Of a DNA stretch of 64,000 nucleotides, positions 20,259 through 29,659 are shown piece by piece (position 1 is the stretch's first letter; each line of letters starts with the position of its first letter). The stretch is from positions 42,752-106,751 of the forward strand of contig JBDRPO010000016.1 in assembly GCA_043827085.1 (NCBI GenBank), in the 5' to 3' direction. Position numbers and translations under genes: made by a program. Source of the DNA: a bacterium. GTDB lineage: Bacteria; Patescibacteriota; Microgenomatia; UBA1400; UBA12108. The notes below the pieces were generated by a model, which saw only the letters and a program-made list of their open reading frames with translations, searched no databases and was not told the DNA's origin.

Positions 20259-21185
20259 ATGACTCATACAATCCTTGTAGAAAATTTATCAAAAGTATAT
20301 CAAGTCCAAAAAAAGCGTCCTGGCTTAGCAGGGTCTCTCAAAGACCTCTTTTCTCCAAAGTATGAGGACAAACCAGCCGTTAATGGAGTCTCCTTTGTCA
20401 TCGACGAAGGGGAGCTAGTCGGTTTCATCGGCCCCAACGGCGCGGGCAAGACGACTACCCTCAAAATGCTCTCCGGCCTCCTCCATCCCACCTCGGGGGA
20501 GGTGCGCGTCCTTGGGTTTGATCCGTGGGGGAGAGATTATGAGTTCCTCAAATCCATCTCGCTTGTCATGGGTCAGAAAAACCAGTTATGGTGGGACTTG
20601 CCCGCCATCGAATCATTTAACCTCGCCCGCGACATCTACGATATCCCGAACGTTGATTACAAAAAGACACTTCATTCACTTGTTGAAATGCTCGGTATTG
20701 GCGATGTACTAAATGTCCAGGTTAGGAAACTCTCCCTTGGCCAAAGGATGAAAGCAGAGCTCGTTGCCGCCCTCATTCACTCTCCCAAAGTACTCTTTTT
20801 GGACGAGCCCACGATCGGTCTCGACGTCGTGATGCAGCAAGCCGTTCGTAGTTTTATCAAAGACTACAACGCTCATCATGATGGCGCGATTATTTTGACC
20901 AGTCACTACATGGAGGACGTGAAAGAACTCTGTAAACGCATCATCATTATCAACGAAGGAACCATCCTCTACGACGGACTCTTGGGGGACGTCATCACCA
21001 AGTTTAGCAAACACAAAATCATCGAGATCATCCTCGTAAGTGGTGAGATAAAAACTCAAAAAGTCCTTCGCGCCAAAGTCCCCGAAGTCGCTGCTCAAAT
21101 CCTAAAAACTATGCCGGTTATGGATATTAACATCAAAGAAATCACGATCGAAGAAGTAATCAGGTCAGTCTTTACCGCCAAATGA
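20259..21185 (+). CDS. ABC transporter ATP-binding protein
   Basis: GPNGAGKTT, LSLGQ, LFLDEPTIGLD, SHYM. Confidence 0.95.
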   Translation: MTHTILVENLSKVYQVQKKRPGLAGSLKDLFSPKYEDKPAVNGVSFVIDEGELVGFIGPNGAGKTTTLKMLSGLLHPTSGEVRVLGFDPWGRDYEFLKSISLVMGQKNQLWWDLPAIESFNLARDIYDIPNVDYKKTLHSLVEMLGIGDVLNVQVRKLSLGQRMKAELVAALIHSPKVLFLDEPTIGLDVVMQQAVRSFIKDYNAHHDGAIILTSHYMEDVKELCKRIIIINEGTILYDGLLGDVITKFSKHKIIEIILVSGEIKTQKVLRAKVPEVAAQILKTMPVMDINIKEITIEEVIRSVFTAK

Positions 21186-21970
21186 AAAAATATCTCTCAA
21201 TTTTCTCTATTACTTTTCAGGAAATTTTTACCTATCGCTTAAACATGTTTATGTGGCGTGTTCGCCAGATTTTCGTTTTTCTCATTCCTTTCTTTATTTG
21301 GCGAGCAGTCCTCGGAGGTGGTGGCGACATCTATGGGTATTCTTTTGCCGGGATCATGACCTACCTTTTTGGTACCACCATTTTGCGCTCACTAGTCATG
21401 GGTTCTCGCACGGTCGATTTAGGTTGGATGATCAATAGTGGTAACTTAACGATTCCCCTAATGCGCCCCATTGGTATTTTTCGCTTTCTGATGACCCGTG
21501 ATCTCGCCGACAAATTGTTTAATCTGAGTTTTATCTTCCTCGAAGTGCCCCTCATTCTTTTTCTTTTTCACCCTCCCGTTTTTCTGCAAGTCAACCCCCT
21601 AAATCTCGTTTTAACAATTTGTAGTGTCGTTCTAGCTATTCTTCTGTACTTTTTCATCAACATTATCTTCGGCGCGATTGGTTTTTGGTCACGTGACGTG
21701 TGGGCACCCAGATTTCTCCTTATGGTAATCATGGAGTTTGCGACCGGCGCCATGTTCCCCCTCGACATGCTCTCTTCTTTTTGGCAAAAAATTATGCTTG
21801 CCACTCCCTTTCCCTATCTTCTCTTTGTCCCACTTAAAATATATCTCGGGGCAGACTCCAACCTTATCCTCCACTTAAGTATTCAATTAATCTGGACTAT
21901 CGTCTTGTTCCTCCTCACTAAATCTATTTGGCAGAAAGGACTCCTTAGATATGAGGCAGAGGGACGTTAG
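21182..21970 (+). CDS. ABC-2 family permease
   Basis: Six hydrophobic segments, G.L...LMRP, GAMFPLD; coupled to the ATPase. Confidence 0.88.
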   Translation: MKKYLSIFSITFQEIFTYRLNMFMWRVRQIFVFLIPFFIWRAVLGGGGDIYGYSFAGIMTYLFGTTILRSLVMGSRTVDLGWMINSGNLTIPLMRPIGIFRFLMTRDLADKLFNLSFIFLEVPLILFLFHPPVFLQVNPLNLVLTICSVVLAILLYFFINIIFGAIGFWSRDVWAPRFLLMVIMEFATGAMFPLDMLSSFWQKIMLATPFPYLLFVPLKIYLGADSNLILHLSIQLIWTIVLFLLTKSIWQKGLLRYEAEGR

Positions 21971-22760
21971 ACTAAAGAGTTATTGGCAGGTCTGGCTCAG
22001 GCTTACCCAACTTCAGTTCCAGCAGCAGATAGGTAATGCTCGTGGAGCCGCACTCCTGTTTATCTTTGGTAAACTATTCCGCCTAGGCACCGCCTTTCTC
22101 ATGGTATTTTTGATAGTCGGACGCGCCAAACTAATAGCTGGCTACAACCTTCCTCAAGCCATCTTTATCTTGGCTCTTTTTAATCTCACCTCAAGTGTTA
22201 CACAACTTTTTATGCGGGGAATCTATGTCTTCCGCCAAAAAATTGTCGATGGCACTTTCGATTTTTACTTGCTCAACCCCTTGTCTGAGCTTTTTTATAG
22301 CCTCTTCTCCTATACCGACCCCATGGATCTCCTTCTTTTTATCCCCTATCTTGGTATCGCGATTTGGGCTGGGATCGGCACTGGTTTTACCTTTACACTT
22401 CCAATAATTATCTCTATTCTGATTACCTTTATTCTTGTTGAGATCATGATTATTGCTTGGCACATCATTATGATGGGAGTGGGTATCCGCTATCTTGAAG
22501 TTGATAACATCATTATGCTTTACCGCGATCTCGAAAAAATGGCTGCCTTCCCCATCAATATGTATGGCAAATGGGGGAGCATTTTCTTGACCTACGTCAT
22601 GCCCTTTGCCCTCATGGCGACGATCCCCGCCAACATTCTCTTTGGCCTTTTTAATCCCTGGTATCTACTTGTCTTTGCAGCTCTAGCTTTTGCTCAGCTC
22701 AAATTCGCTCTCCATTTCTGGTACCAATCGCTTCTTGTTTATAGTTCAGCCTCGAGTTAG
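21951..22760 (+). CDS. ABC-2 family permease
   Basis: IVDGTFDFYLLNP, FPINMY, C-terminal YSSASS. Confidence 0.88.
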   Translation: MRQRDVRLKSYWQVWLRLTQLQFQQQIGNARGAALLFIFGKLFRLGTAFLMVFLIVGRAKLIAGYNLPQAIFILALFNLTSSVTQLFMRGIYVFRQKIVDGTFDFYLLNPLSELFYSLFSYTDPMDLLLFIPYLGIAIWAGIGTGFTFTLPIIISILITFILVEIMIIAWHIIMMGVGIRYLEVDNIIMLYRDLEKMAAFPINMYGKWGSIFLTYVMPFALMATIPANILFGLFNPWYLLVFAALAFAQLKFALHFWYQSLLVYSSASS

Positions 22761-22778
22761 ACGTGTTACAATTAAGGG

Positions 22779-23702
22779 ATGGCTATTCTTGAGGTCAAAG
22801 ATCTAGTTAAGACTTTTAAAAAATCTCCCGTCATTAAAGGGATTAGTTTTGACATGGCAGAAGGGGAGATCTTGGGTATCCTAGGTCCAAACGGTGCCGG
22901 CAAAACCACCACCATTCAGATGATTTTAGGTATCCTCACTCCGACCTCCGGTTCCATCAATGTTTTCGGGAAAGAGATTATGGCTCACCATTCCGAGATT
23001 CTCGAGTCCATGAACTTTTCTTCGACCTATGTCGATCTCCCGTGGCGCCTCACCGTCAAAGAAAATCTCACCTGGTCATCCTATCTCTACAATATTCCTG
23101 ACCGGAAGAAACGCCTCAACCAAATCAAAGAACTCTTTCGTTTAGAGAAACAATGGAACCAACCGGTAGCCAGTCTCTCCGCTGGCCAAAAGACACGCGT
23201 GAACCTTGCTCGCTCCATGGTCAATTTCCCTCATCTCCTGCTCCTTGATGAGCCAACGGCTAGCCTCGACCCCGAAGTAGCCGCCTATATCCGCGAGTTT
23301 TTTTCCGATCAACAAGAACGATTTAATAAAAGTATTATCTTGACTAGCCACAACATGGCAGAAGTCGAGGAACTCTGTGATCGTGTCCTTATCCTCAAAG
23401 ATGGTCTCTTAATAGATAATGACACGCCAGCGAACCTTGCTAAAAAAATCGAATTCTGTCATCTCCGCCTTCGCGTCACCAAAAACCCAAGTGCGCTGCA
23501 ACAACTCGCCTCTACTCGTCATCTCGAAATAAGTAACGAAGATGGGATATATTCAATTACTATCAAAGAAAAGCTCCTCCCACTTTTCCTTTATGAAGTG
23601 ACCAAAAAGAATACTGTCTACACCGAAATCTCTATCGATAAGCCTACCCTCGAGGACTATTTTATGAAAGTTGCCAAAGGTGGATCAAATGAAGCTCTAT
23701 AG
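22779..23702 (+). CDS. ABC transporter ATP-binding protein
   Basis: GPNGAGKTT, LSAGQ, LLLDEPTASLDP. Confidence 0.95.
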   Translation: MAILEVKDLVKTFKKSPVIKGISFDMAEGEILGILGPNGAGKTTTIQMILGILTPTSGSINVFGKEIMAHHSEILESMNFSSTYVDLPWRLTVKENLTWSSYLYNIPDRKKRLNQIKELFRLEKQWNQPVASLSAGQKTRVNLARSMVNFPHLLLLDEPTASLDPEVAAYIREFFSDQQERFNKSIILTSHNMAEVEELCDRVLILKDGLLIDNDTPANLAKKIEFCHLRLRVTKNPSALQQLASTRHLEISNEDGIYSITIKEKLLPLFLYEVTKKNTVYTEISIDKPTLEDYFMKVAKGGSNEAL

Positions 23703-24474
23703 AATCTGGGGACTTTTCCTCCGTTACTACTATAATATGGTCCATTCATACGATCGTTTAAGCGACATATTTTTTTGGCCATTTCTTGATCTGCTCATGT
23801 GGGGACTAACCACACGCTATATCGTCGGCGAGAGTGGGGTAGACAACAAAATCGTTCTGGCTCTTTTGGGCGGACTAATTTTATGGATCTTCCCCTGGCG
23901 CAGTCAATACGAAATCTCAGTTAGTCTCCTAGACGACATTTGGAATAGGAACTTTGTCAATATTTTTGCGACCCCAGTCTTATTTATCGAATGGGTCGTC
24001 ACCCTCATGCTAATTGGTATCCTCAAAGGCATTATCTCCTTCGCCTTCGCTTCCGCCTTAGCGTATGCGCTCTACTCCACCAACATCTACTCTCTTGGGT
24101 TATCACTCCTACCCTGGGCGGGACTACTCATCATTTTTGGTTGGGTTTTTGGTATCCTCATTAGTGGTATTATCATGCGCTACGGTACCAAAATCCAAAC
24201 CCTCGCCTGGACATCCATCTACATGATTGCACCTTTTGTTGGAGTTTTCTATCCAGTCTCTATCCTTCCCGCTTGGGCACAAAACGTCGCCCACTGGGTA
24301 CCCGCGAGTTATGTTTTTGACGCTATGCGTAAACTAATCAACGGTACCCCAGTTCCCATGCCCAATCTCATTTGGCCACTGATCCTTTGCTTGTTCTATC
24401 TGATTATCGCCATGTATATGCTCTATGTTAGCTACCGCGCCATCCTCAAACGAGGATTGATCTCAGTTGAATAA
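23689..24474 (+). CDS. ABC-2 type permease
   Basis: Multi-TM protein with GVFYPVSILPAW motif. Confidence 0.88.
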   Translation: MKLYRIWGLFLRYYYNMVHSYDRLSDIFFWPFLDLLMWGLTTRYIVGESGVDNKIVLALLGGLILWIFPWRSQYEISVSLLDDIWNRNFVNIFATPVLFIEWVVTLMLIGILKGIISFAFASALAYALYSTNIYSLGLSLLPWAGLLIIFGWVFGILISGIIMRYGTKIQTLAWTSIYMIAPFVGVFYPVSILPAWAQNVAHWVPASYVFDAMRKLINGTPVPMPNLIWPLILCLFYLIIAMYMLYVSYRAILKRGLISVE

Positions 24475-24476
24475 GT

Positions 24477-25331
24477 ATGAACAAGCTCCTCTGTATCGTT
24501 GGCCCAACCGGAACCAGGAAAACCGCGAGAGCACTTGAAATGGCTAAAGAGCAACCCAGTGTCCTCATTTCCGCCGACTCGCGCCAAGTTTATCGCGGCA
24601 TGGACATCGTGACGGGGAAAGATCACCCGCGAGATATCGCCATTTATGGGATCGATGTCGTGGAGCCCGACGAATCTTGTTCTGTCTCTGTTTGGTACGA
24701 TGCCGTGATGCCAAAGATCGAGCGAGCTTGGGGAGAGAGGAAGCTTCCGATCGTCGTCGGTGGTACCGGTCTCTACGTCAAAGCTTTGACTATGGGGATT
24801 CAGACTATGCATATTCCAATCAATCACGCTCTCCGCGACAAACTCGAGACACTTTCTGTTTCAGAATTGCAGACCAAACTACAAGAAGAAAATTCAGCTA
24901 AATTCTCCTCTCTGAACCACAGCGATCAAAACAATCCGCGCCGTCTGATACGCGCGATCGAAGTATCCCAGTCTTCCCACCAATCATTGACTATTGGTCC
25001 TCTACCATCGGCCAAGCTAATCGGACTCAAATACTTCGATTATTCGAATTATCGAAGTATTGTTCACAAGCGAGTTTTAATTCGTCTTTCGCAGGGCGCC
25101 ATTGAGGAAACAAAATTTCTTCTTAAAAAATATAACAAAGACATCCAATCCATGTCTGCAATTGGTTATCGCAGTATTATCAAATTTCTTGAGAAATCAT
25201 TGACTGAAGAAGAAATGATCAAAACTTGGGTAGAGGGTGAGCTCGCCTATGCCAAGCGCCAACTAACCTGGTTTCGCAAACAGAGCGTAATTTGGTATGA
25301 TGTAGACACATATGGAATCACACAAAATTGA
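24477..25331 (+). CDS. miaA: tRNA dimethylallyltransferase
   Basis: ISADSRQVYRGMDI.TGK, VGGTGLY, AIGY, YAKRQLTWF. Confidence 0.93.
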   Translation: MNKLLCIVGPTGTRKTARALEMAKEQPSVLISADSRQVYRGMDIVTGKDHPRDIAIYGIDVVEPDESCSVSVWYDAVMPKIERAWGERKLPIVVGGTGLYVKALTMGIQTMHIPINHALRDKLETLSVSELQTKLQEENSAKFSSLNHSDQNNPRRLIRAIEVSQSSHQSLTIGPLPSAKLIGLKYFDYSNYRSIVHKRVLIRLSQGAIEETKFLLKKYNKDIQSMSAIGYRSIIKFLEKSLTEEEMIKTWVEGELAYAKRQLTWFRKQSVIWYDVDTYGITQN

Positions 25332-26301
25332 AATCTCCCCAAAAACAATCCTTTTTGCCATCGGCACCTTGTTGTCAATCTGGTTTTTTTATCAAGTTAG
25401 GAGCATTATAGTTCTTCTTTTTGTAGCCTTTATCCTCATGACCGCCGTTAATCCCTTAATCAAACTCGCTAAAAAAGTCAAAATCCCCACTATCATTGTG
25501 ATGCTAATCGTCTATTTTGGTTTGATCGCCTTGGTCTCGACTGTCGTAGCCTCCCTGATTCCCGCCGTGGTGCAACAAACCAAAGACATTACCCTCCAGC
25601 TCCCTACCTACGTGCATAATCTCGAGACAATTTTCAATGCGAAGTTCGACCCCAACGTCGCTGGCAGCTACCTCAACTCCATCCCCTCCAATCTCTTGAA
25701 AATTGCCGCCGGAGCTTTTAATAACATCATGAATATCCTAGCTCTCTTCTTTATGGCCTATTATCTAGTAGTCGAGCGTCCACATCTCCACAAATATCTG
25801 ATTCGCTTCTTCGGTAATCACCACGCAGAAGAACGCGCCGAAGCCCTCGTTCTAGAAGTTGAAAATCAAGTTGGTGGCTGGGTCCGTGGAGAGCTTATTC
25901 TCATGGCTATCATTGGCGTTATGACCTATTTTGGTTTGATTTTACTTGGGATCCCATACGCCCTACCTTTAGCAATCCTCGCAGGTCTTCTTGAAGCTGT
26001 CCCCAATCTAGGGCCTACTATTGCTGCCGTCCCCGCCATCCTCATGGGTTTGACAGTTTCTCCGATCATCGGTTTAGGAGCACTAATCTTGAGTATCATC
26101 ATCCAACAGCTCGAAAATAATCTCATCGTCCCCAAAGTCATGCAGTCCACGACAGGTACCCAGCCTCTCATTACTATCATCGTCCTCCTTATTGGCTTCA
26201 CCCTCGGTGGTATCGCCGGTGCCATCCTCTCCATGCCACTTTATCTAACTTTGCAGATAGTTATAAAATCATTTAGTCCGTCTCCGGGCGAAAGGAGTTA
26301 A
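25312..26301 (+). CDS. AI-2E family transporter
   Basis: WVRGEL, VPNLGP, QQLENNLIVPKVM. Confidence 0.9.
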   Translation: MESHKIEISPKTILFAIGTLLSIWFFYQVRSIIVLLFVAFILMTAVNPLIKLAKKVKIPTIIVMLIVYFGLIALVSTVVASLIPAVVQQTKDITLQLPTYVHNLETIFNAKFDPNVAGSYLNSIPSNLLKIAAGAFNNIMNILALFFMAYYLVVERPHLHKYLIRFFGNHHAEERAEALVLEVENQVGGWVRGELILMAIIGVMTYFGLILLGIPYALPLAILAGLLEAVPNLGPTIAAVPAILMGLTVSPIIGLGALILSIIIQQLENNLIVPKVMQSTTGTQPLITIIVLLIGFTLGGIAGAILSMPLYLTLQIVIKSFSPSPGERS

Positions 26302-26303
26302 AT

Positions 26304-26996
26304 ATGGATATCATGGCATGGCAAAACGCTCTATCCTCAGTATGGACAAGTACCATTGGTTCTTTTCTCGCTCTTTTCCCCAATATTTTAGGTTCCATAA
26401 TTGTAGCTACCCTCGGCATTGTTCTTGGGAATTGGATCAAAACTTTAACTATCAAAAGCCTCCAAATGCTCCGTTTTGAGACTCTGATCAAAGACAGTAA
26501 ATTCAAGGCTTTTCTGCTCAAGGCTGAGGTAACAGACAAGGTCGAAGAAGTGATAGGTAGTATCCTCAAATGGCTCATCGTCTTGACTTTCTTTATCGCC
26601 GCAACCAACATCCTAGGGCTCACTACTGTCTCCAACGTCCTGGTCGGTGTCCTCGGTTATGTTCCAAATGTAATTTCCGCGGTCATTGTCATGGCCATCG
26701 GAGTACTCCTCGCCGGCATCGTTGAAGGTTTTGTCAAAGGCGCTCTCGCCAGTGTGGATCTCAAAACTTCCCGTTTAATGGGGAAAATCGCTAGCTACAC
26801 CGTCATCACGATCGCCACCTTGGCCGCCTTCTCCGAACTCAAGATAGCCGCTGGCTTCATCAACATCCTCTTTATCGGATTTGTTACCATGATGGCCCTT
26901 GGCTTTGGTCTCGCAATCGGGCTCGGCGCTAAAGATGTGATCGGTCAGATATTATCTGATTGGTACAAAGAACTAAAAAGAGATCTCAAAAAATAA
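26304..26996 (+). CDS. Membrane protein, MscS-associated TM-helix (CmpX-like) family
   Basis: Repeated PN(I/V) helices, ALGFGLAIGLGAKD. Confidence 0.7.
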   Translation: MDIMAWQNALSSVWTSTIGSFLALFPNILGSIIVATLGIVLGNWIKTLTIKSLQMLRFETLIKDSKFKAFLLKAEVTDKVEEVIGSILKWLIVLTFFIAATNILGLTTVSNVLVGVLGYVPNVISAVIVMAIGVLLAGIVEGFVKGALASVDLKTSRLMGKIASYTVITIATLAAFSELKIAAGFINILFIGFVTMMALGFGLAIGLGAKDVIGQILSDWYKELKRDLKK

Positions 26997-27005
26997 GCCT
27001 TGCTT

Positions 27006-27779
27006 ATGAATATTTTACAGAGTCTAGTCCTCGGTATTGTCGAGGGACTTACCGAATTTTTGCCCGTTTCCTCCACTTTTCATCTTATCGTTTCCGCGCG
27101 TCTCCTCGCCCTTAGCTCCTCTGACTTTCTCAAGCTATTCGAGGTATTTATCCAAAGTGGCGCCATCCTAGCTCTCCTTTTTATCTATACTAGAACACTT
27201 CTCAAAGATCAAAAACTCATTACGAATGTTTTCTATTCCTTCGTCCCTACCGCAGTTGTGGGCCTAGTGTTTCACAAAATTATCAAGACTGTATTTTTTG
27301 AATCCAACTGGCTCATGCTGTCAGCCTTTATTGGCGTTGGATTGATCTTTCTTTTTCTCGAAAGATCCTCACTTGTCCTCGAGAAGACCTGTCACGCCAT
27401 TACTCCCAAACAGGCGATTCTAATTGGTCTCGCCCAAGCCTGTTCAGTTATCCCAGGTGTATCACGCGCGGGCTCCGTCATTGTCGTTATGATGCTTCTT
27501 GGTTACAAAAGAGCTGAAGCTGCCAAGTATACATTCCTTTTGTCTTTCCCGACGATCCTAGCTGCGAGCGTGCTTGACTTATATCAGGGGAGGACGGCCA
27601 TCATCGATCATAGTGACGGTTGGCTACTCCTCGCTCTCGGATTTTTCAGCGCTCTCTTCGTTGCCTACTTTGTCGTGAAATGGTTCACGCGCTACCTCGA
27701 AAACCACACTCTCACCATCTTTGGATGGTACAGACTAGCTCTGGCCAGTCTCCTGGTAGTCTTTAAGGTCTTACCTTAA
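27006..27779 (+). CDS. uppP: Undecaprenyl-diphosphate phosphatase
   Basis: GIVEGLTEFLPVSSTFH, PGVSRAG, FGWYR. Confidence 0.96.
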   Translation: MNILQSLVLGIVEGLTEFLPVSSTFHLIVSARLLALSSSDFLKLFEVFIQSGAILALLFIYTRTLLKDQKLITNVFYSFVPTAVVGLVFHKIIKTVFFESNWLMLSAFIGVGLIFLFLERSSLVLEKTCHAITPKQAILIGLAQACSVIPGVSRAGSVIVVMMLLGYKRAEAAKYTFLLSFPTILAASVLDLYQGRTAIIDHSDGWLLLALGFFSALFVAYFVVKWFTRYLENHTLTIFGWYRLALASLLVVFKVLP

Positions 27780-28578
27780 TTGCCAGGGGATCAGAGAATA
27801 TCGAAAGCATTTTTCCACTGCCGTCATACAGCTCAGCTCTAATAATCTCAACTTCCCCAAGTCCTGGGAAACTGTAACTCGCAAGCTCAGTTCGACTGCT
27901 CGGGAGCGCGCCAACAGAGTCAAAATTAACTCTAATTTTTTTACCCAGGCTATCAGAACTCGGTGTTTGTGCGGTGATATTTATCCCTGCCGCTGGTTGG
28001 ATAGTAAACGGTTCGCTCACATACGATACCTCTATCATCCCTCGTACTGCCCCAGTTCCATTTATCGTATATATTCTTCCTTCAGTGTTAGAAATCTTCT
28101 GCAAGCCAATCTGAGCTGCTCGCGCCACGTCATACAGAAGAAGACTGCCTTCCCACTTTGCCTCTTGATTGTTTACGACCACCCAAACCGCTCCCGTTCT
28201 AGCTCCTTCTGGGATTTTTACCTCTAGAATCGAATTGCTCCATCTGACAATAGATTCTTTAGTCGCTTCGCTGTTTCCCACAAACACGCGGCTACCCCAT
28301 TGGTAATCACCAAAGTTTGATCCGAGAAGTACCACCGTGTCCCCAGTCTTTCCGAAAAACATGCTTACTCTATCAATCTTTGGTGGAACAGTCGGATAGT
28401 TAGGGGGAGGAGTCACAACCGGAGCTTCCTCCGCCGCCGATGACCTATTTTCTGTGTCCTGCTGAGCCAGCCTCACGGAAATTGGGACAATCAGGACCAA
28501 GAACAGGACCACATTAAATCCAACAATCCTTTTCCAGGACAAGGTACGATTAATTCGTTCATAGATATTTTCTTGCAT
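27763..28578 (-). CDS. Membrane-anchored IPT/TIG-domain protein
   Basis: N-terminal TM; GDTVVLLGSNFG...WSN..LEVKIP pattern. Confidence 0.65.
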   Translation of the reverse strand: MQENIYERINRTLSWKRIVGFNVVLFLVLIVPISVRLAQQDTENRSSAAEEAPVVTPPPNYPTVPPKIDRVSMFFGKTGDTVVLLGSNFGDYQWGSRVFVGNSEATKESIVRWSNSILEVKIPEGARTGAVWVVVNNQEAKWEGSLLLYDVARAAQIGLQKISNTEGRIYTINGTGAVRGMIEVSYVSEPFTIQPAAGINITAQTPSSDSLGKKIRVNFDSVGALPSSRTELASYSFPGLGEVEIIRAELYDGSGKMLSIFSDPLAIKVRP

Positions 28579-28584
28579 GGGTCT

Positions 28585-29163
28585 CTAACTCCTTTTACTG
28601 ATTGTAATGACTCGCTCTTCATGATTAAAGTTAATTGTAAAGTCGTCAAATAATCCCTTCCTCCCAAGAATGTAGGTTGTAGAGTTAGATTCGGTAAATG
28701 TCGCAGGGAATTCAAAATCTGAGCTTCCGATCTTAAGGGTAATTTTGTCCAAATATGCAAAGGCTGGTACTCCCGAGAAACCTTGGAGAGTGATTCGCTT
28801 GGCTCGGGAAAGGTCTACCCCCGTATCTTGAGCAGCCTGCAAAGGGAGGGTAGACACCACTGCCCCAGAGTCAAGAAGAAACGTGGTATCAACGTAACCC
28901 TTTGTCGTCCTGAGGGGTAAAGTAACTTTAGGTTCTTGCACAAACCCAAAACTTTCGTATAGGGTGTTTTTATAGGGGACTTTATACTCCAAGTTCCCGA
29001 ATGAATCTGTAATCGTTACTTTATTAACCCCACCTTTTATAAATACCCCCCGAATCAAGAAAAACCCTCCAATTAGGAGTGCAAAACCAAACAAAGAAAC
29101 CACCTTGATAATAGCCGTTGCTTTTCCTGAAGAACCCACGCTCTCAAATTCCAAATAAGCCAT
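28585..29163 (-). CDS. Membrane-anchored retropepsin-like aspartyl protease
   Basis: FLLDSGA catalytic motif and ILGR motif. Confidence 0.8.
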   Translation of the reverse strand: MAYLEFESVGSSGKATAIIKVVSLFGFALLIGGFFLIRGVFIKGGVNKVTITDSFGNLEYKVPYKNTLYESFGFVQEPKVTLPLRTTKGYVDTTFLLDSGAVVSTLPLQAAQDTGVDLSRAKRITLQGFSGVPAFAYLDKITLKIGSSDFEFPATFTESNSTTYILGRKGLFDDFTINFNHEERVITISKRS

Positions 29164-29185
29164 ACAACTATGCTATCATAATCTC

Positions 29186-29656
29186 ATGCAATTTTCGTTT
29201 GAGATCATTATTGTTGGAGGAATAGCTCTTGTCGCCATCATTCTCGACTTGATCTTATTGTTTTGGCTACTCCGCGTTGCCCGTCACTATAATTCCCTCA
29301 CCCATGGGATCGAACAAAAAACTCTCATGAACGCTCTCCAAGGAATCCAGTCTACGATTGCTGAACATGAAAGAGTCCAGGGCATAACCAAGAACGAACT
29401 TCAGAAAGTCAAAGAAAGTGCAGAACTGCATGTACAACATGTAACCCTCAAGCGCTTTAACCCCTTTGGGGACACCGGGGGAGATCAGAGCTTTATGCTG
29501 GCCTTACTCGACGGAAATCTTGACGGCGTGGTAATTACTTCGCTCCATAGTAGAGAAAATACGCGTTTCTATGTAAAATCAGTTAAGGGTGGTGTTGGTA
29601 TTGACCATCCCCTCTCTGATGAAGAGCAAAAAATTATTAATCGAAAGGGCAAATAA
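29186..29656 (+). CDS. DUF4446-like protein
   Basis: N-terminal TM; RFNPFGDTGGDQSF..ALLD...GVVITSLHSR. Confidence 0.8.
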   Translation: MQFSFEIIIVGGIALVAIILDLILLFWLLRVARHYNSLTHGIEQKTLMNALQGIQSTIAEHERVQGITKNELQKVKESAELHVQHVTLKRFNPFGDTGGDQSFMLALLDGNLDGVVITSLHSRENTRFYVKSVKGGVGIDHPLSDEEQKIINRKGK

Positions 29657-29659
29657 AAT

